Assembly: GCA_965242775.1 (NCBI GenBank)
Contig: CBDETI010000027.1
Location: 240,422 to 304,421, forward strand
From: Cyclobacteriaceae bacterium
GTDB lineage: Bacteria; Bacteroidota; Bacteroidia; Cytophagales; Cyclobacteriaceae
Reading direction: 5' to 3'
DNA: 64,000 nucleotides
Part shown: positions 10,735-20,835 of the stretch, in pieces
How positions within the stretch are numbered: the stretch's first letter is position 1
How the letters are laid out: each line of letters begins with the position of its first letter
Translations under genes and position numbers: made by a program
The notes under the pieces: generated by a model
What the model saw: the letters and a program-made list of their open reading frames with translations, nothing else
Told to the model about the DNA's origin: nothing
Databases searched by the model: none

Positions 10735-10863
10735 GTCTTTTATTTTTTAATGGGAGCGATCAGCTACTGGTGCTTAGCTCAAGATATTCGGGCTGTCCGC
10801 CTGTTCCCCGGCGCTGCCCACCATCCCGGCTAAATGGCCGCTTGATTTCCTCCGATCCTCTTT

Positions 10864-11553
10864 TTAAACTGCTTCACTGATGGCTGACTTCACTACTTTA
10901 CCACCACGTAATCTTACTATTTGATTGGTTTTGCGGGCCAACTCCAGGTCATGCGTTACCAATACCAAGGTAGTTCCACTCTCGCGGTTGATCTCAAATA
11001 GAAGTTCCTCTACCGAGTGACTGGTTTCCTCGTCCAGATTCCCTGTGGGTTCGTCCGCAAAAAGGATTTTAGGTGTATTGGAAAAAGCCCTGGCAATGGC
11101 AACCCTTTGTTGCTCGCCCCCGGACAGCTGTGTGGGGTAATGATCTTGTCGTTCACTCAGTCCGACCCTTTCCAACAATTCCGCCGCAGTACTTCCAGCG
11201 CCACGAACCCCGCGCAATTCCAGCGGCACCATTACATTTTCCAGAGCTGTCAGTGTCGGGATCAACTGGAAATTTTGAAAAACGAATCCCACATGTTCGT
11301 TCCTCACCTGGGCCAGCTCATCTTCCGACAATTTGTTCAGCAATATGCTGTTCAGCACTATTTGGCCTTCTGTAACCCGGTCCAGGCCTGCACATAATCC
11401 CAGTAGCGTGGTTTTGCCACTACCCGAAGGTCCAACGATGGCGGTGGAGTCTCCCGCATCCACTGAAAAATTGATGTCATCAAGAACTTTCACGTTCCTG
11501 GAATTGCTAGAAAAAGTTTTTGAAACGGAGGCAACCTCCAATATTGCGGACAT
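10864..11553 (-). CDS. ABC transporter ATP-binding protein (YbbA/LolD-like)
   Basis: Walker A GPSGSGKT, signature LSGGEQQR, Walker B ILFADEPT. Confidence 0.9.
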   Translation of the reverse strand: MSAILEVASVSKTFSSNSRNVKVLDDINFSVDAGDSTAIVGPSGSGKTTLLGLCAGLDRVTEGQIVLNSILLNKLSEDELAQVRNEHVGFVFQNFQLIPTLTALENVMVPLELRGVRGAGSTAAELLERVGLSERQDHYPTQLSGGEQQRVAIARAFSNTPKILFADEPTGNLDEETSHSVEELLFEINRESGTTLVLVTHDLELARKTNQIVRLRGGKVVKSAISEAV

Positions 11554-11669
11554 ATTCCTTTGTTTAAAACAATAATACGAACTGGCTACTTACTAGTTTG
11601 TTATCTTGCCCTGCCTTTAACGAACTATTTGCAAAATTCCCGCGTAGATCGTGGGTGAATGCATTCCAA

Positions 11670-12362
11670 ATGATACGAATATCGATTATAGCGCTCCTGC
11701 TTATCGCGGGATTTGGGTGTTCGCAACCTCAGAAAGAACCCTCCAATAGTGCCACCTCGCAGGAAACCGACGCAGGGAGCACGCCAGATGTTACAAACCA
11801 GCCTATTATTTTATTCTTTGGCAATAGTATCACTGCTGGCTACCAATTGGCCGTCGAGCAAGCGTTCCCAGCCATTATCCAGGACTGGATGGATTCCCTG
11901 GGTTACGATTATCAAGTGGTAAATGCCGGTTTGAGCGGCGAAACCACTGCCAGCGGCAAAAGTAGGATTGACTGGGTACTGAGAACCGTACCCGACATTT
12001 TTGTTTTAGAACTCGGCGCGAATGATGGCTTACGGGGCTTGCCTTTGGTGGAGACACCAAAGAATTTGCAGAGTATTATTGACCAGGTAAAAACGGCAAA
12101 TCCGAATGTCAAAGTTGTAATCGCAGGCATGAAGGTGCCCCCGAATCTCGGCCCCGACTATACGCAGGGATTTGAAAAAATATTTGAAGAACTCGCCGAA
12201 AAAAATGATGCGGTGCTTATTCCTTTTATTCTTGAGAAGGTGGCCGGCATCCCGGAGTTGAACTTACCTGATGGCATTCATCCAACTCCCGACGGACATC
12301 AGCTGGTGGCCCAAACCGTCTGGCAATATTTGGAGCCCTTACTGACAAAGCCCAACCTTTAG
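11670..12362 (+). CDS. SGNH/GDSL arylesterase-thioesterase (TesA-like), secreted
   Basis: Signal or lipoprotein peptide (LLIAGFGCS). Block I FGNSITAG, block V DGIHP. Divergent from the ABC pair, as in E. coli tesA-ybbA-ybbP. Confidence 0.85.
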   Translation: MIRISIIALLLIAGFGCSQPQKEPSNSATSQETDAGSTPDVTNQPIILFFGNSITAGYQLAVEQAFPAIIQDWMDSLGYDYQVVNAGLSGETTASGKSRIDWVLRTVPDIFVLELGANDGLRGLPLVETPKNLQSIIDQVKTANPNVKVVIAGMKVPPNLGPDYTQGFEKIFEELAEKNDAVLIPFILEKVAGIPELNLPDGIHPTPDGHQLVAQTVWQYLEPLLTKPNL

Positions 12363-12411
12363 TTGACCATCAAAGCCCGAAATAAAACCATAACCTACAA
12401 TCTATTGATCT

Positions 12412-13767
12412 GTGCAGCGTATTGAAGCTTTAGTATTAGCGGCCTCGGACTTCATATGGGGTTATCCGTTACTCATTCTTTTGATGGGTGGAGGAGCCTT
12501 TTTTATGATTTACTCACGGTTTTTGCCTTTTCGATTTTTTGGACATGCTATTAATGTCCTTCGTGGCAAGTATGACAACCCTGATGATCCTGGTCAGATC
12601 AGTCATTTTCAGGCGCTATCTGGGGCTTTGGCCGCTACGATCGGTATGGGCAACATCAGTGGCGTTGCGCTGGCAATTGCTGCAGGAGGTCCCGGAGCCA
12701 TGTTCTGGATGTGGTTGAGTGCTTTTTTCGGAATCTGTACCAAATTCTTCACCTGCACCCTGGCTGTCCTCTATCGGGGAAAAGATTCAGCTGGAGAAAT
12801 ACAGGGTGGCCCGATGTATGTCATTCGAGAAGGGCTGGGAAAGTCATGGATGCCCTTAGCTATCTTTTTTTCGGTTGCCGGTTTTTTTGGTGCCACGCCA
12901 GTCTTTCAAGCCAATCAAATGGTTGCAGTGCTGAAAGACGTGGTTTTTATCCCAAATGGGGTGGCGGATAGTTTTGGTCTTAACCTGACAATCGGACTGA
13001 CCATCGCAACCCTTGTAGCACTTGTGATTCTTGGGGGAATAAAACGAATTGGCTTAGTTGCCTCCCGGTTAGTGCCAGCCATGGTTGTGCTATACGTTGC
13101 AAGTGTGCTGCTGATCCTTTTGCTCAATTATGACCAGATCATACCATCCTTCGCGCTCATTATCAAGGATGCATTTACCGCGCAGGCAGCACTCGGAGGA
13201 GCCCTGGGAGCAATTATTTTGGAAGGGTCAAAGCGGGCGGCCTTTTCCAATGAAGCAGGTATCGGGATGGCGCCGATGATTCATGGTGCGGCGAAAACGA
13301 ATGAACCCGTACGAGAAGGGCTGGTGGCCATGATGGAACCCGCAATCGATACTTTAGTAGTATGTACGATGACAGGTCTGTGCATATTGATCACCGGTGT
13401 TTGGACCATGGAAGAGTCCAATGGTATCGCACTTACGGCTAGTGCTTTCAATAGTTCTCTGCCTGGTGTGGGACCCTATATTTTGGTCCTCTGTGTTATG
13501 ATTTTTGCCATCACCACCATTTTTGGTTTAGCTTATTGCGGGCGTAAATGCCTGTCTTTTTTGATCGGTGCGAAATATGGTCAGATATTCAATTACTGGT
13601 ACCTGATACTTGTGGTGGTTGGTTCACTCGGTTCACTGGATTTGGTGGTGAACCTCGTATTTGTTGCGTATGGGCTCATGGCGTTTCCTACGATGATATC
13701 TGCACTGGCCCTGGCGCCTAAGGTGCTGGTTGAAGCAAAGAAATACTTTAGTCAGCTACATAATTAA
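12412..13767 (+). CDS. alanine/glycine:cation symporter (AGCS family)
   Basis: 451 aa, multi-TM, GGPGAMFWMW motif. GTG start. Confidence 0.9.
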   Translation: MQRIEALVLAASDFIWGYPLLILLMGGGAFFMIYSRFLPFRFFGHAINVLRGKYDNPDDPGQISHFQALSGALAATIGMGNISGVALAIAAGGPGAMFWMWLSAFFGICTKFFTCTLAVLYRGKDSAGEIQGGPMYVIREGLGKSWMPLAIFFSVAGFFGATPVFQANQMVAVLKDVVFIPNGVADSFGLNLTIGLTIATLVALVILGGIKRIGLVASRLVPAMVVLYVASVLLILLLNYDQIIPSFALIIKDAFTAQAALGGALGAIILEGSKRAAFSNEAGIGMAPMIHGAAKTNEPVREGLVAMMEPAIDTLVVCTMTGLCILITGVWTMEESNGIALTASAFNSSLPGVGPYILVLCVMIFAITTIFGLAYCGRKCLSFLIGAKYGQIFNYWYLILVVVGSLGSLDLVVNLVFVAYGLMAFPTMISALALAPKVLVEAKKYFSQLHN

Positions 13768-13819
13768 CCCACTCATCGAATTGGTACAAAAGTGTATTTA
13801 CCCGCTTTTGTGATTCACT

Positions 13820-13827
13820 TATATTTG
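13820..13827 (+). promoter_or_regulatory. candidate Bacteroidota -7 promoter box (TAnnTTTG)
   Basis: TATATTTG lies 25 nt upstream of the trkA ATG. Confidence 0.35.
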
Positions 13828-13851
13828 CCCCCTTTAAGTCGTTAGCGGACC

Positions 13852-15192
13852 ATGAGGATAATTATTGCCGGAGCAGGAGACCTGGGGTTTCACCTCTCAA
13901 AACTGCTGGCATACGAGGAGCAGGATATCGTGCTAATCGATCAGGATGAGGATGTCCTAGGACATGCCTCCAATAACCTGGACGTACACGCCATAAGAGG
14001 TAGCTCAACATCAATAAAAATTCTGGAGGAGGCCAATGTCGGGAAAGCCGATATGTTGATAGCCGTCACCTCTGATCAGGAAACAAACCTTACTACCTGT
14101 ACGATAGGGAAGCAATTAGGAGCGAAGAAAACCATTGCTCGTATTTCTAATATTGAATTCCTTCATCAACGGGAAAAGCTTGACCTCAAGAAAATCGGGA
14201 TCGATGAGGTTATTTCCCCCGAATCCCTGGCTGCCAAAGAAATTAAGCGTCTCCTCAAGGAATCGGCACTGACCGATACTTTTGAATTTGATAAAGGGAT
14301 GCTCTCCTTAATTGGGATCACTATCGACGAGAACTCCGAGCTGTTCAATAAGTCTTTAACCGAGACAGCCTACCTTAATCCTGACAATAGTTTCACTACT
14401 GTGGCGATCTTAAGAGAGGATGAAACCATCCTTCCGCATGGTGAAAACAAATTCAAGATGAACGATCATGCCTACTTCATTGCACAACCAGATGGCATTG
14501 ATCGGGTGATGGACCTGGGAGGCAAAAAACGGATTGACATCAAAAATGTGATGGTCTTAGGTGGTTCCAAAGTAGGTATCAACACAGCTCGGCAACTGAG
14601 TAAGAAATACAACATCAAGCTCATCGAGACCAATAAAAACAAGTGCTTCTCATTGGCCGATGAACTTTCGGATACCATGGTGATCAGCGGAGATGGTCGG
14701 GACGTAGAGCTGCTGAAGGAAGAAGGTATTGGGCAGATGGACGCTTTCATTGCGGTTACCGGCAATTCGGAGACCAACATTATGTCATCGTTGGTAGCCA
14801 AAAACCACGGCGTGAAAAAAACCATCGCGTTGGTGGAAAACATGGACTACATCCATCTTTCGCAGAGTATAGGTGTAGACACGCTCATCAATAAGAAACT
14901 GATTGCCGCGAACTTCATTTTTAGATACATCAGACGAGGCGAGGTTTTAAATTTGACCAGTATTCACGGGGTAGATGCAGAGATTCTCGAATTTGAAGTT
15001 CAACCCAATTCGCGGATTCTCCAGCAGGAACTGCGCAACCTGCCCTTTCCGCGAACCGCGATCATCGGCGGCGTAATAAGAAAAAATCAGGGACACACCG
15101 TACGCGGAAATTTCAAATTTGAGCCAAAGGATCGCGTGGTGGTACTCTCAAAACCCGAATGTATTCATTCGGTAGAAGGATTCTTCAAGTAA
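13852..15192 (+). CDS. trkA: Trk system K+ uptake protein TrkA (tandem RCK/NAD-binding)
   Basis: 446 aa with two GxGxxG Rossmann modules (IIAGAGDLG, VLGGSKVG). Confidence 0.9.
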   Translation: MRIIIAGAGDLGFHLSKLLAYEEQDIVLIDQDEDVLGHASNNLDVHAIRGSSTSIKILEEANVGKADMLIAVTSDQETNLTTCTIGKQLGAKKTIARISNIEFLHQREKLDLKKIGIDEVISPESLAAKEIKRLLKESALTDTFEFDKGMLSLIGITIDENSELFNKSLTETAYLNPDNSFTTVAILREDETILPHGENKFKMNDHAYFIAQPDGIDRVMDLGGKKRIDIKNVMVLGGSKVGINTARQLSKKYNIKLIETNKNKCFSLADELSDTMVISGDGRDVELLKEEGIGQMDAFIAVTGNSETNIMSSLVAKNHGVKKTIALVENMDYIHLSQSIGVDTLINKKLIAANFIFRYIRRGEVLNLTSIHGVDAEILEFEVQPNSRILQQELRNLPFPRTAIIGGVIRKNQGHTVRGNFKFEPKDRVVVLSKPECIHSVEGFFK

Positions 15193-15201
15193 TTCGGTTG
15201 T

Positions 15202-16659
15202 ATGCGATTTAACTACACCATCATTCTCAACATTTTAGGAACGTTGTGGGTGTTAAATGGTGTATTCATGTTCCTCTGTCTTCCATTTAGTGCTTACTAT
15301 GGCGAGGGCGATCTGGAAGCGATCTCCAAGTCAGGTGCCATTACTATCGCTTCCGGGCTGGTTTTGTGGCTTTTAACAAGGAAGGCAAAAAACAAGGAAC
15401 TCAGAAAACGCGAGGGCTATCTCGTGGTTACTTTCGGCTGGCTTAGCATGTCCTTTTTTGGTTCGTTGCCCTACATTTTCAGTGGCGCTATTCCAGACCT
15501 GACCAACGCATTTTTCGAAACCCTTTCCGGATATTCTACCACTGGAGCTACCATCCTGACAGATATTGAGAGTGTACATAAGGGCATCCTTTTCTGGCGG
15601 TCGCTCACCCAATGGATTGGAGGTATGGGTATTATCGTGCTGACAGTCGCAATTCTTCCGATATTGGGCATCGGAGGCATGCAGCTTTTTGTGGCTGAGG
15701 CTCCGGGCATTTCACCAGACAAGCTTCAGCCAAGGATCAAAGAAACAGCTAAGCGACTCTGGTTGATATATATGGGGTTGACGGTCGGGGAAACCTGCTT
15801 ATTGTGGGTTGGTGGCATGGACTTTTATGATGCAATCAATCATGGGCTTACAACCATGGCTACCGGCGGATTCTCTACGAAAAATGCCAGTATTGCCTAT
15901 TATACAAGTCCGTTTATTCAGTACGTTATTGTTCTGTTCATGTTCCTGGCAGGGACCAATTTCACCATGACCTACTTTGGTCTTCACGGACAGTTTGGCA
16001 AGGTCCTGAAAAATGAGGAATTCCGATTCTATCTCGGATTCTGTGTGGTCATTTCATTGGTTGTTGGCCTGGTCATTTACGGGTTGGGACATGATTCATT
16101 GGAAAAATCCATTAGGGACGCACTTTTCAATGTGGTTTCGATTATCACCACCACCGGTTATGTGACACACGACTATACGGCATGGACCTCTTTCTTGACC
16201 TTGCTATTCTTCATAATGATGTTCCTGGGTGCGTCGGCGGGTTCTACAGCGGGAGGGGTGAAAATTGTGCGCCATATCATTCTGATCCGAAACAGTATCT
16301 TGGAACTCAAACGCCAAATACACCCATCAGCGGTGATTCCCGTGAGATTCAATACAAAAGCCGTGACTCAGGACATTACCTTCAATATTCTGGCCTTCAT
16401 CATGATCTACATATCGATCTTCGCTATGGGATCCATCGTGATGGGTATCTTGGGTGTGGACTTTATGACCGCTATTGGGTCTGTGGCTACTTGCTTGGGT
16501 AACGTTGGTCCTGGGCTTGGTTCGGTAGGACCAGTAGATAATTTTGCTCATATCCCCTCAGTTGGCAAGTGGGTCTTGGCCTTTTTAATGCTTTTAGGAA
16601 GACTTGAGCTTTTCACGGTGCTAATTCTTTTTACTCCCTATTTTTGGCGAAAAATTTGA
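15202..16659 (+). CDS. trkH: Trk system K+ uptake protein TrkH
   Basis: 485 aa, multi-TM, with repeated selectivity-filter-like GYSTTG / TTMATGGF / TTTGYV / STAGGVK segments. Confidence 0.9.
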   Translation: MRFNYTIILNILGTLWVLNGVFMFLCLPFSAYYGEGDLEAISKSGAITIASGLVLWLLTRKAKNKELRKREGYLVVTFGWLSMSFFGSLPYIFSGAIPDLTNAFFETLSGYSTTGATILTDIESVHKGILFWRSLTQWIGGMGIIVLTVAILPILGIGGMQLFVAEAPGISPDKLQPRIKETAKRLWLIYMGLTVGETCLLWVGGMDFYDAINHGLTTMATGGFSTKNASIAYYTSPFIQYVIVLFMFLAGTNFTMTYFGLHGQFGKVLKNEEFRFYLGFCVVISLVVGLVIYGLGHDSLEKSIRDALFNVVSIITTTGYVTHDYTAWTSFLTLLFFIMMFLGASAGSTAGGVKIVRHIILIRNSILELKRQIHPSAVIPVRFNTKAVTQDITFNILAFIMIYISIFAMGSIVMGILGVDFMTAIGSVATCLGNVGPGLGSVGPVDNFAHIPSVGKWVLAFLMLLGRLELFTVLILFTPYFWRKI

Positions 16660-16688
16660 TCACCTAACCCAGGTGCTGCGCATACTTT

Positions 16689-17810
16689 ATGTCACTATTT
16701 AACTACATCATCTGGAGTCAGGATCCGGAAATTTTCAAAATACCACTATCGATCGTAGGACTCGAGGATAGGCCCATCGTATGGTATGGCTTATTGTTTG
16801 CGTTGGGATTCATCATCTCTCAGCAGATCATGTACTACATTTTCAAGGAAGAGGGTAAACTGCAGAAAGATGTCGACAAGCTCACCACTTATATGGTGGT
16901 GGCTGTTATCGTCGGTGCCCGATTGGGCCATTGCCTCTTCTACAATCCCGAACTCTATTTGTCCAATCCAATTGAAATTCTAAAGATATGGGAAGGTGGC
17001 CTGGCCAGTCATGGTGCAGCGCTAGGGATTCTTACAGCGATATGGCTTTTTGTGCGCCGGACCGAGGGTTACACCTGGTTGTGGATGGTAGATAGACTGG
17101 TGATTGTCGTAGCTTTATGTGGGGCCATGATCCGTACGGGAAATTTGATGAATTCTGAAATGGAGGGCATAGCAACAGGATCTGACTATGGGATCATTTA
17201 TGCTCGTGGTACTGAAGATGTATTAAAATTTGATGAAGATAAGATTGAATCTGTGACCTTCCGAAAAGGTGGGGAGCGGACCTCAGATGAACCTGGCAAA
17301 TTTGGTATTACGGCGGTTGTTACCTTCAACGAAGGAGAGCAATTCGGAGGCCAAGGTGATGAGCGGTTTGTGGAAACAAGTTTGCGGCGGTCGCTGCTAA
17401 GCTATACCGAGGTTGTGCAACATGTGGATTTCGGTAGAAACCAGCCGCTTGCTTACAAGATTGAACAACGAGGAGGGCGATCAGTATTGGAAGTTTACGG
17501 TGTGGGGATCACCAGACATCCAGCTCAGATCTACGAGGCACTTTATTGCTTACTGATCATGGGTTTGCTTTACTGGCTTTGGGCAAAAAAGCGCCAGTCC
17601 TTCCCGGAGGGATTCCATTTCGCGCTCTTCATGATGCTGCTATGGTCTTTGCGATTCGTCGACGAGTTCTTCAAGATGGACCAGGAAGCATTTGAGGCTG
17701 ACCTACCACTCAATATGGGTCAATGGCTCAGTATACCTATGTTTTTGATGGGTCTGGGCGTTATGATTTACATCTATAGTCGCCGTTCCGATCAGCCTGG
17801 TCAATCTTAA
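16689..17810 (+). CDS. lgt: prolipoprotein diacylglyceryl transferase with an enlarged periplasmic insert
   Basis: VWYGLLFALG, GGLASHGAALG, RTGNLMNSE, RHPAQIYEA motifs in the order seen in Lgt. Confidence 0.85.
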   Translation: MSLFNYIIWSQDPEIFKIPLSIVGLEDRPIVWYGLLFALGFIISQQIMYYIFKEEGKLQKDVDKLTTYMVVAVIVGARLGHCLFYNPELYLSNPIEILKIWEGGLASHGAALGILTAIWLFVRRTEGYTWLWMVDRLVIVVALCGAMIRTGNLMNSEMEGIATGSDYGIIYARGTEDVLKFDEDKIESVTFRKGGERTSDEPGKFGITAVVTFNEGEQFGGQGDERFVETSLRRSLLSYTEVVQHVDFGRNQPLAYKIEQRGGRSVLEVYGVGITRHPAQIYEALYCLLIMGLLYWLWAKKRQSFPEGFHFALFMMLLWSLRFVDEFFKMDQEAFEADLPLNMGQWLSIPMFLMGLGVMIYIYSRRSDQPGQS

Positions 17811-17924
17811 AGACCATACCTATATCGGGCCTTCACTTGGGTACATCATCAACACAAAATAGTCCAACCCCCTACTGATAATTTGGGAGCAAGAAGAATT
17901 GCCTCATTAATTCTGTGGGAGTTA

Positions 17925-18692
17925 TTACCGCACGACGATATCTTCATTGATTATCCTTGAGAGTTCCTGCAACTGACCGTTTTCAAATAGTGCAGGCAGG
18001 TCTTGTAGGGGCGTTTCTTTCGATTCTGGTTTGTAGTTGATATAGTTTTGAAACGTGATGTTTTTGATTTTTTCCCGATCAAAAGCTTCCCTGAATCTCA
18101 CACCACCACCATCGGTTAGGTAATTATAGGCCAGGTAATCGAGCGTAAAATCTTTCGTGTGGATCCAGTATAGGTATTCGTCTTCAAAATCTTCACCGCC
18201 GTTTTCTTGCCCAAATGTGACCTTGATCGTGTGGTAATCTTCGCCTTTGATAGTAGCAGTGCCCTCATAGCTCTTATTTACAGCCGGGTCATTTAGCCTA
18301 TAAAGAATTTCAACAAAATATAGAACTGAGTTAACAGAACTCCCATAACGGCCTTGCCACTCTTCCGTCAAGCTAATGGGTTGTCCGTCGATCGTTCTCG
18401 AGAATTCGGCACTATTCACCAGCATATCTTCGACGGCCCCTGTCGAATCCTGGAAAAAACGTTTATAGATATAGTTGCCTCCCTGACGTTCGGCGGAGTA
18501 GCCCTTGCCCCTGAAATTAAAGGACACCTTGGAAGTTGCAAACAAATATGCTCCATTCTCCTGAATGGCCTGATCCACTACTTCCTGTGCCTTGGAAAGT
18601 CGGTCATCTTGACAAGAATAAAATACGGCCAAGGCACTTAAAATGAAGGCCAAACCCAACAAACCCGCTTGTTTCATATATCTTTTTTTCAT
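17925..18692 (-). CDS. hypothetical lipoprotein
   Basis: Signal peptide plus Cys (VFYSCQDD). No catalytic motif recognised. Confidence 0.5.
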   Translation of the reverse strand: MKKRYMKQAGLLGLAFILSALAVFYSCQDDRLSKAQEVVDQAIQENGAYLFATSKVSFNFRGKGYSAERQGGNYIYKRFFQDSTGAVEDMLVNSAEFSRTIDGQPISLTEEWQGRYGSSVNSVLYFVEILYRLNDPAVNKSYEGTATIKGEDYHTIKVTFGQENGGEDFEDEYLYWIHTKDFTLDYLAYNYLTDGGGVRFREAFDREKIKNITFQNYINYKPESKETPLQDLPALFENGQLQELSRIINEDIVVR

Positions 18693-18885
18693 ATTCCTCC
18701 TGGGAATTTCATCTAAAAACCGGTGACCCAGGAGTAGAACCCCCAGCGAATTTCAAGTATTTCTTGCCACCAAATTTCTATGGCTTGCTTAACGGAAGGA
18801 AAAAAGGTTGGTTGGTTTGTATTCGACGAATTGTGGTGAACAAGACATTTTCGTTGTGAATCGGCCGTCGAGGGAACTGCCCGGG

Positions 18886-19650
18886 TCAGGTATCTTCAGG
18901 AAATTGCTTTTTTCTTTTCTTGTTGAAATGCCAGCCTGCACCCGGAAGTACTATCGGATACAGCATATATACGAAGCCAGCAATGATTGGTGAGATCTGT
19001 GCTCCAAAAGGTTTAAACGCAGCGACGAGCACCGAGAGCATCGCGATCCCTGCCTGCAAGAAATTCACGACCATGCTCACATTCGTGGTGAAGGTCTCAT
19101 ATTCATTCAGATTGAGTCCCGAACGCTGCTTTAGTGCATGTCCGTACATCGCTCCAAGTGTCCCAAAAATTGCAAAGGCGCCTAATCCATATACAATCAT
19201 TAGAAATCCCATGTTAACGCCATCTCCACCCAGCAACTCACCAAACTCCGAGCGCAGTTGGCTGCTGTCACCATTAAACAATGTTGAATAATAGGTGACG
19301 AGGAACCTGGCCAGGAACTTCAGGGGATAGACGTACACCAGGATCAGAAATAAAAGAAAAATGTTCAGGATAACCGTCACGGCATTTTGCAGGCCATACC
19401 GAATAAAAAAAATGTAATGTTGATACCAAATGACTGCTATTAATGTAATGCAGATGCCAAATGGAATGACATTTCGCATTGACATTTTTAACTCCTGGAA
19501 GGTTTCAGGTACTGACGATGACAAGACCAGCAACGTAATCGCCAATGCAAAGGCCGTGTCGCTGAAAGTTTCGATACGCGTTTGACTCATACCCCGGTAG
19601 CGAAATTTAGGATCCAGTCCTACCTCTTGATCTTTGAGCGTTTGTCGCAT
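18886..19650 (-). CDS. TMEM175/DUF1211-family membrane protein (putative K+ channel)
   Basis: RIETFSDTAFALAITLLVL matches the RxxxFSD TM1 signature, followed by 6 TM helices. Start taken at ATG 19650; the track ORF extends to 19719. Confidence 0.75.
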   Translation of the reverse strand: MRQTLKDQEVGLDPKFRYRGMSQTRIETFSDTAFALAITLLVLSSSVPETFQELKMSMRNVIPFGICITLIAVIWYQHYIFFIRYGLQNAVTVILNIFLLFLILVYVYPLKFLARFLVTYYSTLFNGDSSQLRSEFGELLGGDGVNMGFLMIVYGLGAFAIFGTLGAMYGHALKQRSGLNLNEYETFTTNVSMVVNFLQAGIAMLSVLVAAFKPFGAQISPIIAGFVYMLYPIVLPGAGWHFNKKRKKQFPEDT

Positions 19651-19762
19651 AACCTCCAAATTGATCAATTTCTCTGGTTTACACCAACTGTTAAGGGGTA
19701 TAGTGCACAGAATTTTCAATCTTTAACTAATAATCGTTAGTTTTAAGCTATCAATTGTTAGT

Positions 19763-20821
19763 ATGGAATTCTACCGTTTGCCAGTAAGTCATTTAGAAAA
19801 AACAACGGACGAATGTACCATTGTTACACTCGATATTAGCGAAGACTTACGGGAGGCATTTCAGTTCACACAAGGACAATACCTGACGTTCAAGGCCCTG
19901 ATAGACGGGGAGGAGTTGCGTAGGTCTTATTCCCTTTGTTCCAGTCCGCTGGACAAAGAATGGAAAATTGGCGTTAAGAAGATCGTCGACGGCAGGTTTT
20001 CGTCCTTTGTAAACGATCGACTGAAAGTAGGCGACAGCATTGAGGTAGCTCCGCCAGCTGGTAAATTCTTCGTGGAGATAGAACCTTCCGAAGAGAGGAA
20101 TTTTGTGGCTTTCGCCGCAGGTAGCGGGATCACGCCGATGGTGTCGATCATTAAAACTCACTTGAAAGAGGAACCTGGAGCCACCTTCAAACTATTTTAT
20201 GTTAATCGTACGGTCTCTTCCATCATTCTCAAGGAAGAGTTAGAGGCGCTGAAGAATCAGTACATGGAGCGCTTTGAAGTATTCTACATTCTGGATGAAG
20301 AGAAGCGCAATGTGGAACTGCTCAGTGGACGACTGGACGAACACAAGTTGACGGCCATATTTAATGGGCTTTGCGACGCAGCGGATATCGATGAGGTCTT
20401 CATTTGTGGGCCCCAACCCATGATCTTCGCAATTAAAGACTTTTTGGTAGCCCAGGGCCTTGATGAGAAACAGGTACACTTCGAATTGTTTGGTACCCCC
20501 GTTCAGGCCAAGCGCAAAGTAGAAGCCAGGTATGAGGGAAAGACCGCTAGCATTACAATCCATGAGGGTGGAAAAACGCTGGATTTTGAAGCTCCCCAGG
20601 GCAAAGAGCCGATATTGGATGGCGCTTTACGAAATGCCGCAGACTTACCCTTCGCATGCAAAGGAGGAGTTTGCTGCACTTGCAAGGCCAAACTAATTGA
20701 AGGCTCTGTGGATATGTTAGTAAATTATGCTTTGGAAGAAGAGGAGGTTAAAGATGGCTTTATACTGACCTGCCAGGCTGTGCCCACCTCCGACAAGGTA
20801 GTCGTAGATTTTGACGTGTAA
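19763..20821 (+). CDS. paaE: 1,2-phenylacetyl-CoA epoxidase reductase subunit
   Basis: FNR-like RSYSL FAD site, GSGITP NAD site, and a C-terminal plant-type 2Fe-2[10 protein letters not shown]...C. Confidence 0.9.
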   Translation: MEFYRLPVSHLEKTTDECTIVTLDISEDLREAFQFTQGQYLTFKALIDGEELRRSYSLCSSPLDKEWKIGVKKIVDGRFSSFVNDRLKVGDSIEVAPPAGKFFVEIEPSEERNFVAFAAGSGITPMVSIIKTHLKEEPGATFKLFYVNRTVSSIILKEELEALKNQYMERFEVFYILDEEKRNVELLSGRLDEHKLTAIFNGLCDAADIDEVFICGPQPMIFAIKDFLVAQGLDEKQVHFELFGTPVQAKRKVEARYEGKTASITIHEGGKTLDFEAPQGKEPILDGALRNAADLPFACKGGVCCTCKAKLIEGSVDMLVNYALEEEEVKDGFILTCQAVPTSDKVVVDFDV

Positions 20822-20835
20822 GAAAAGACAAGCAT

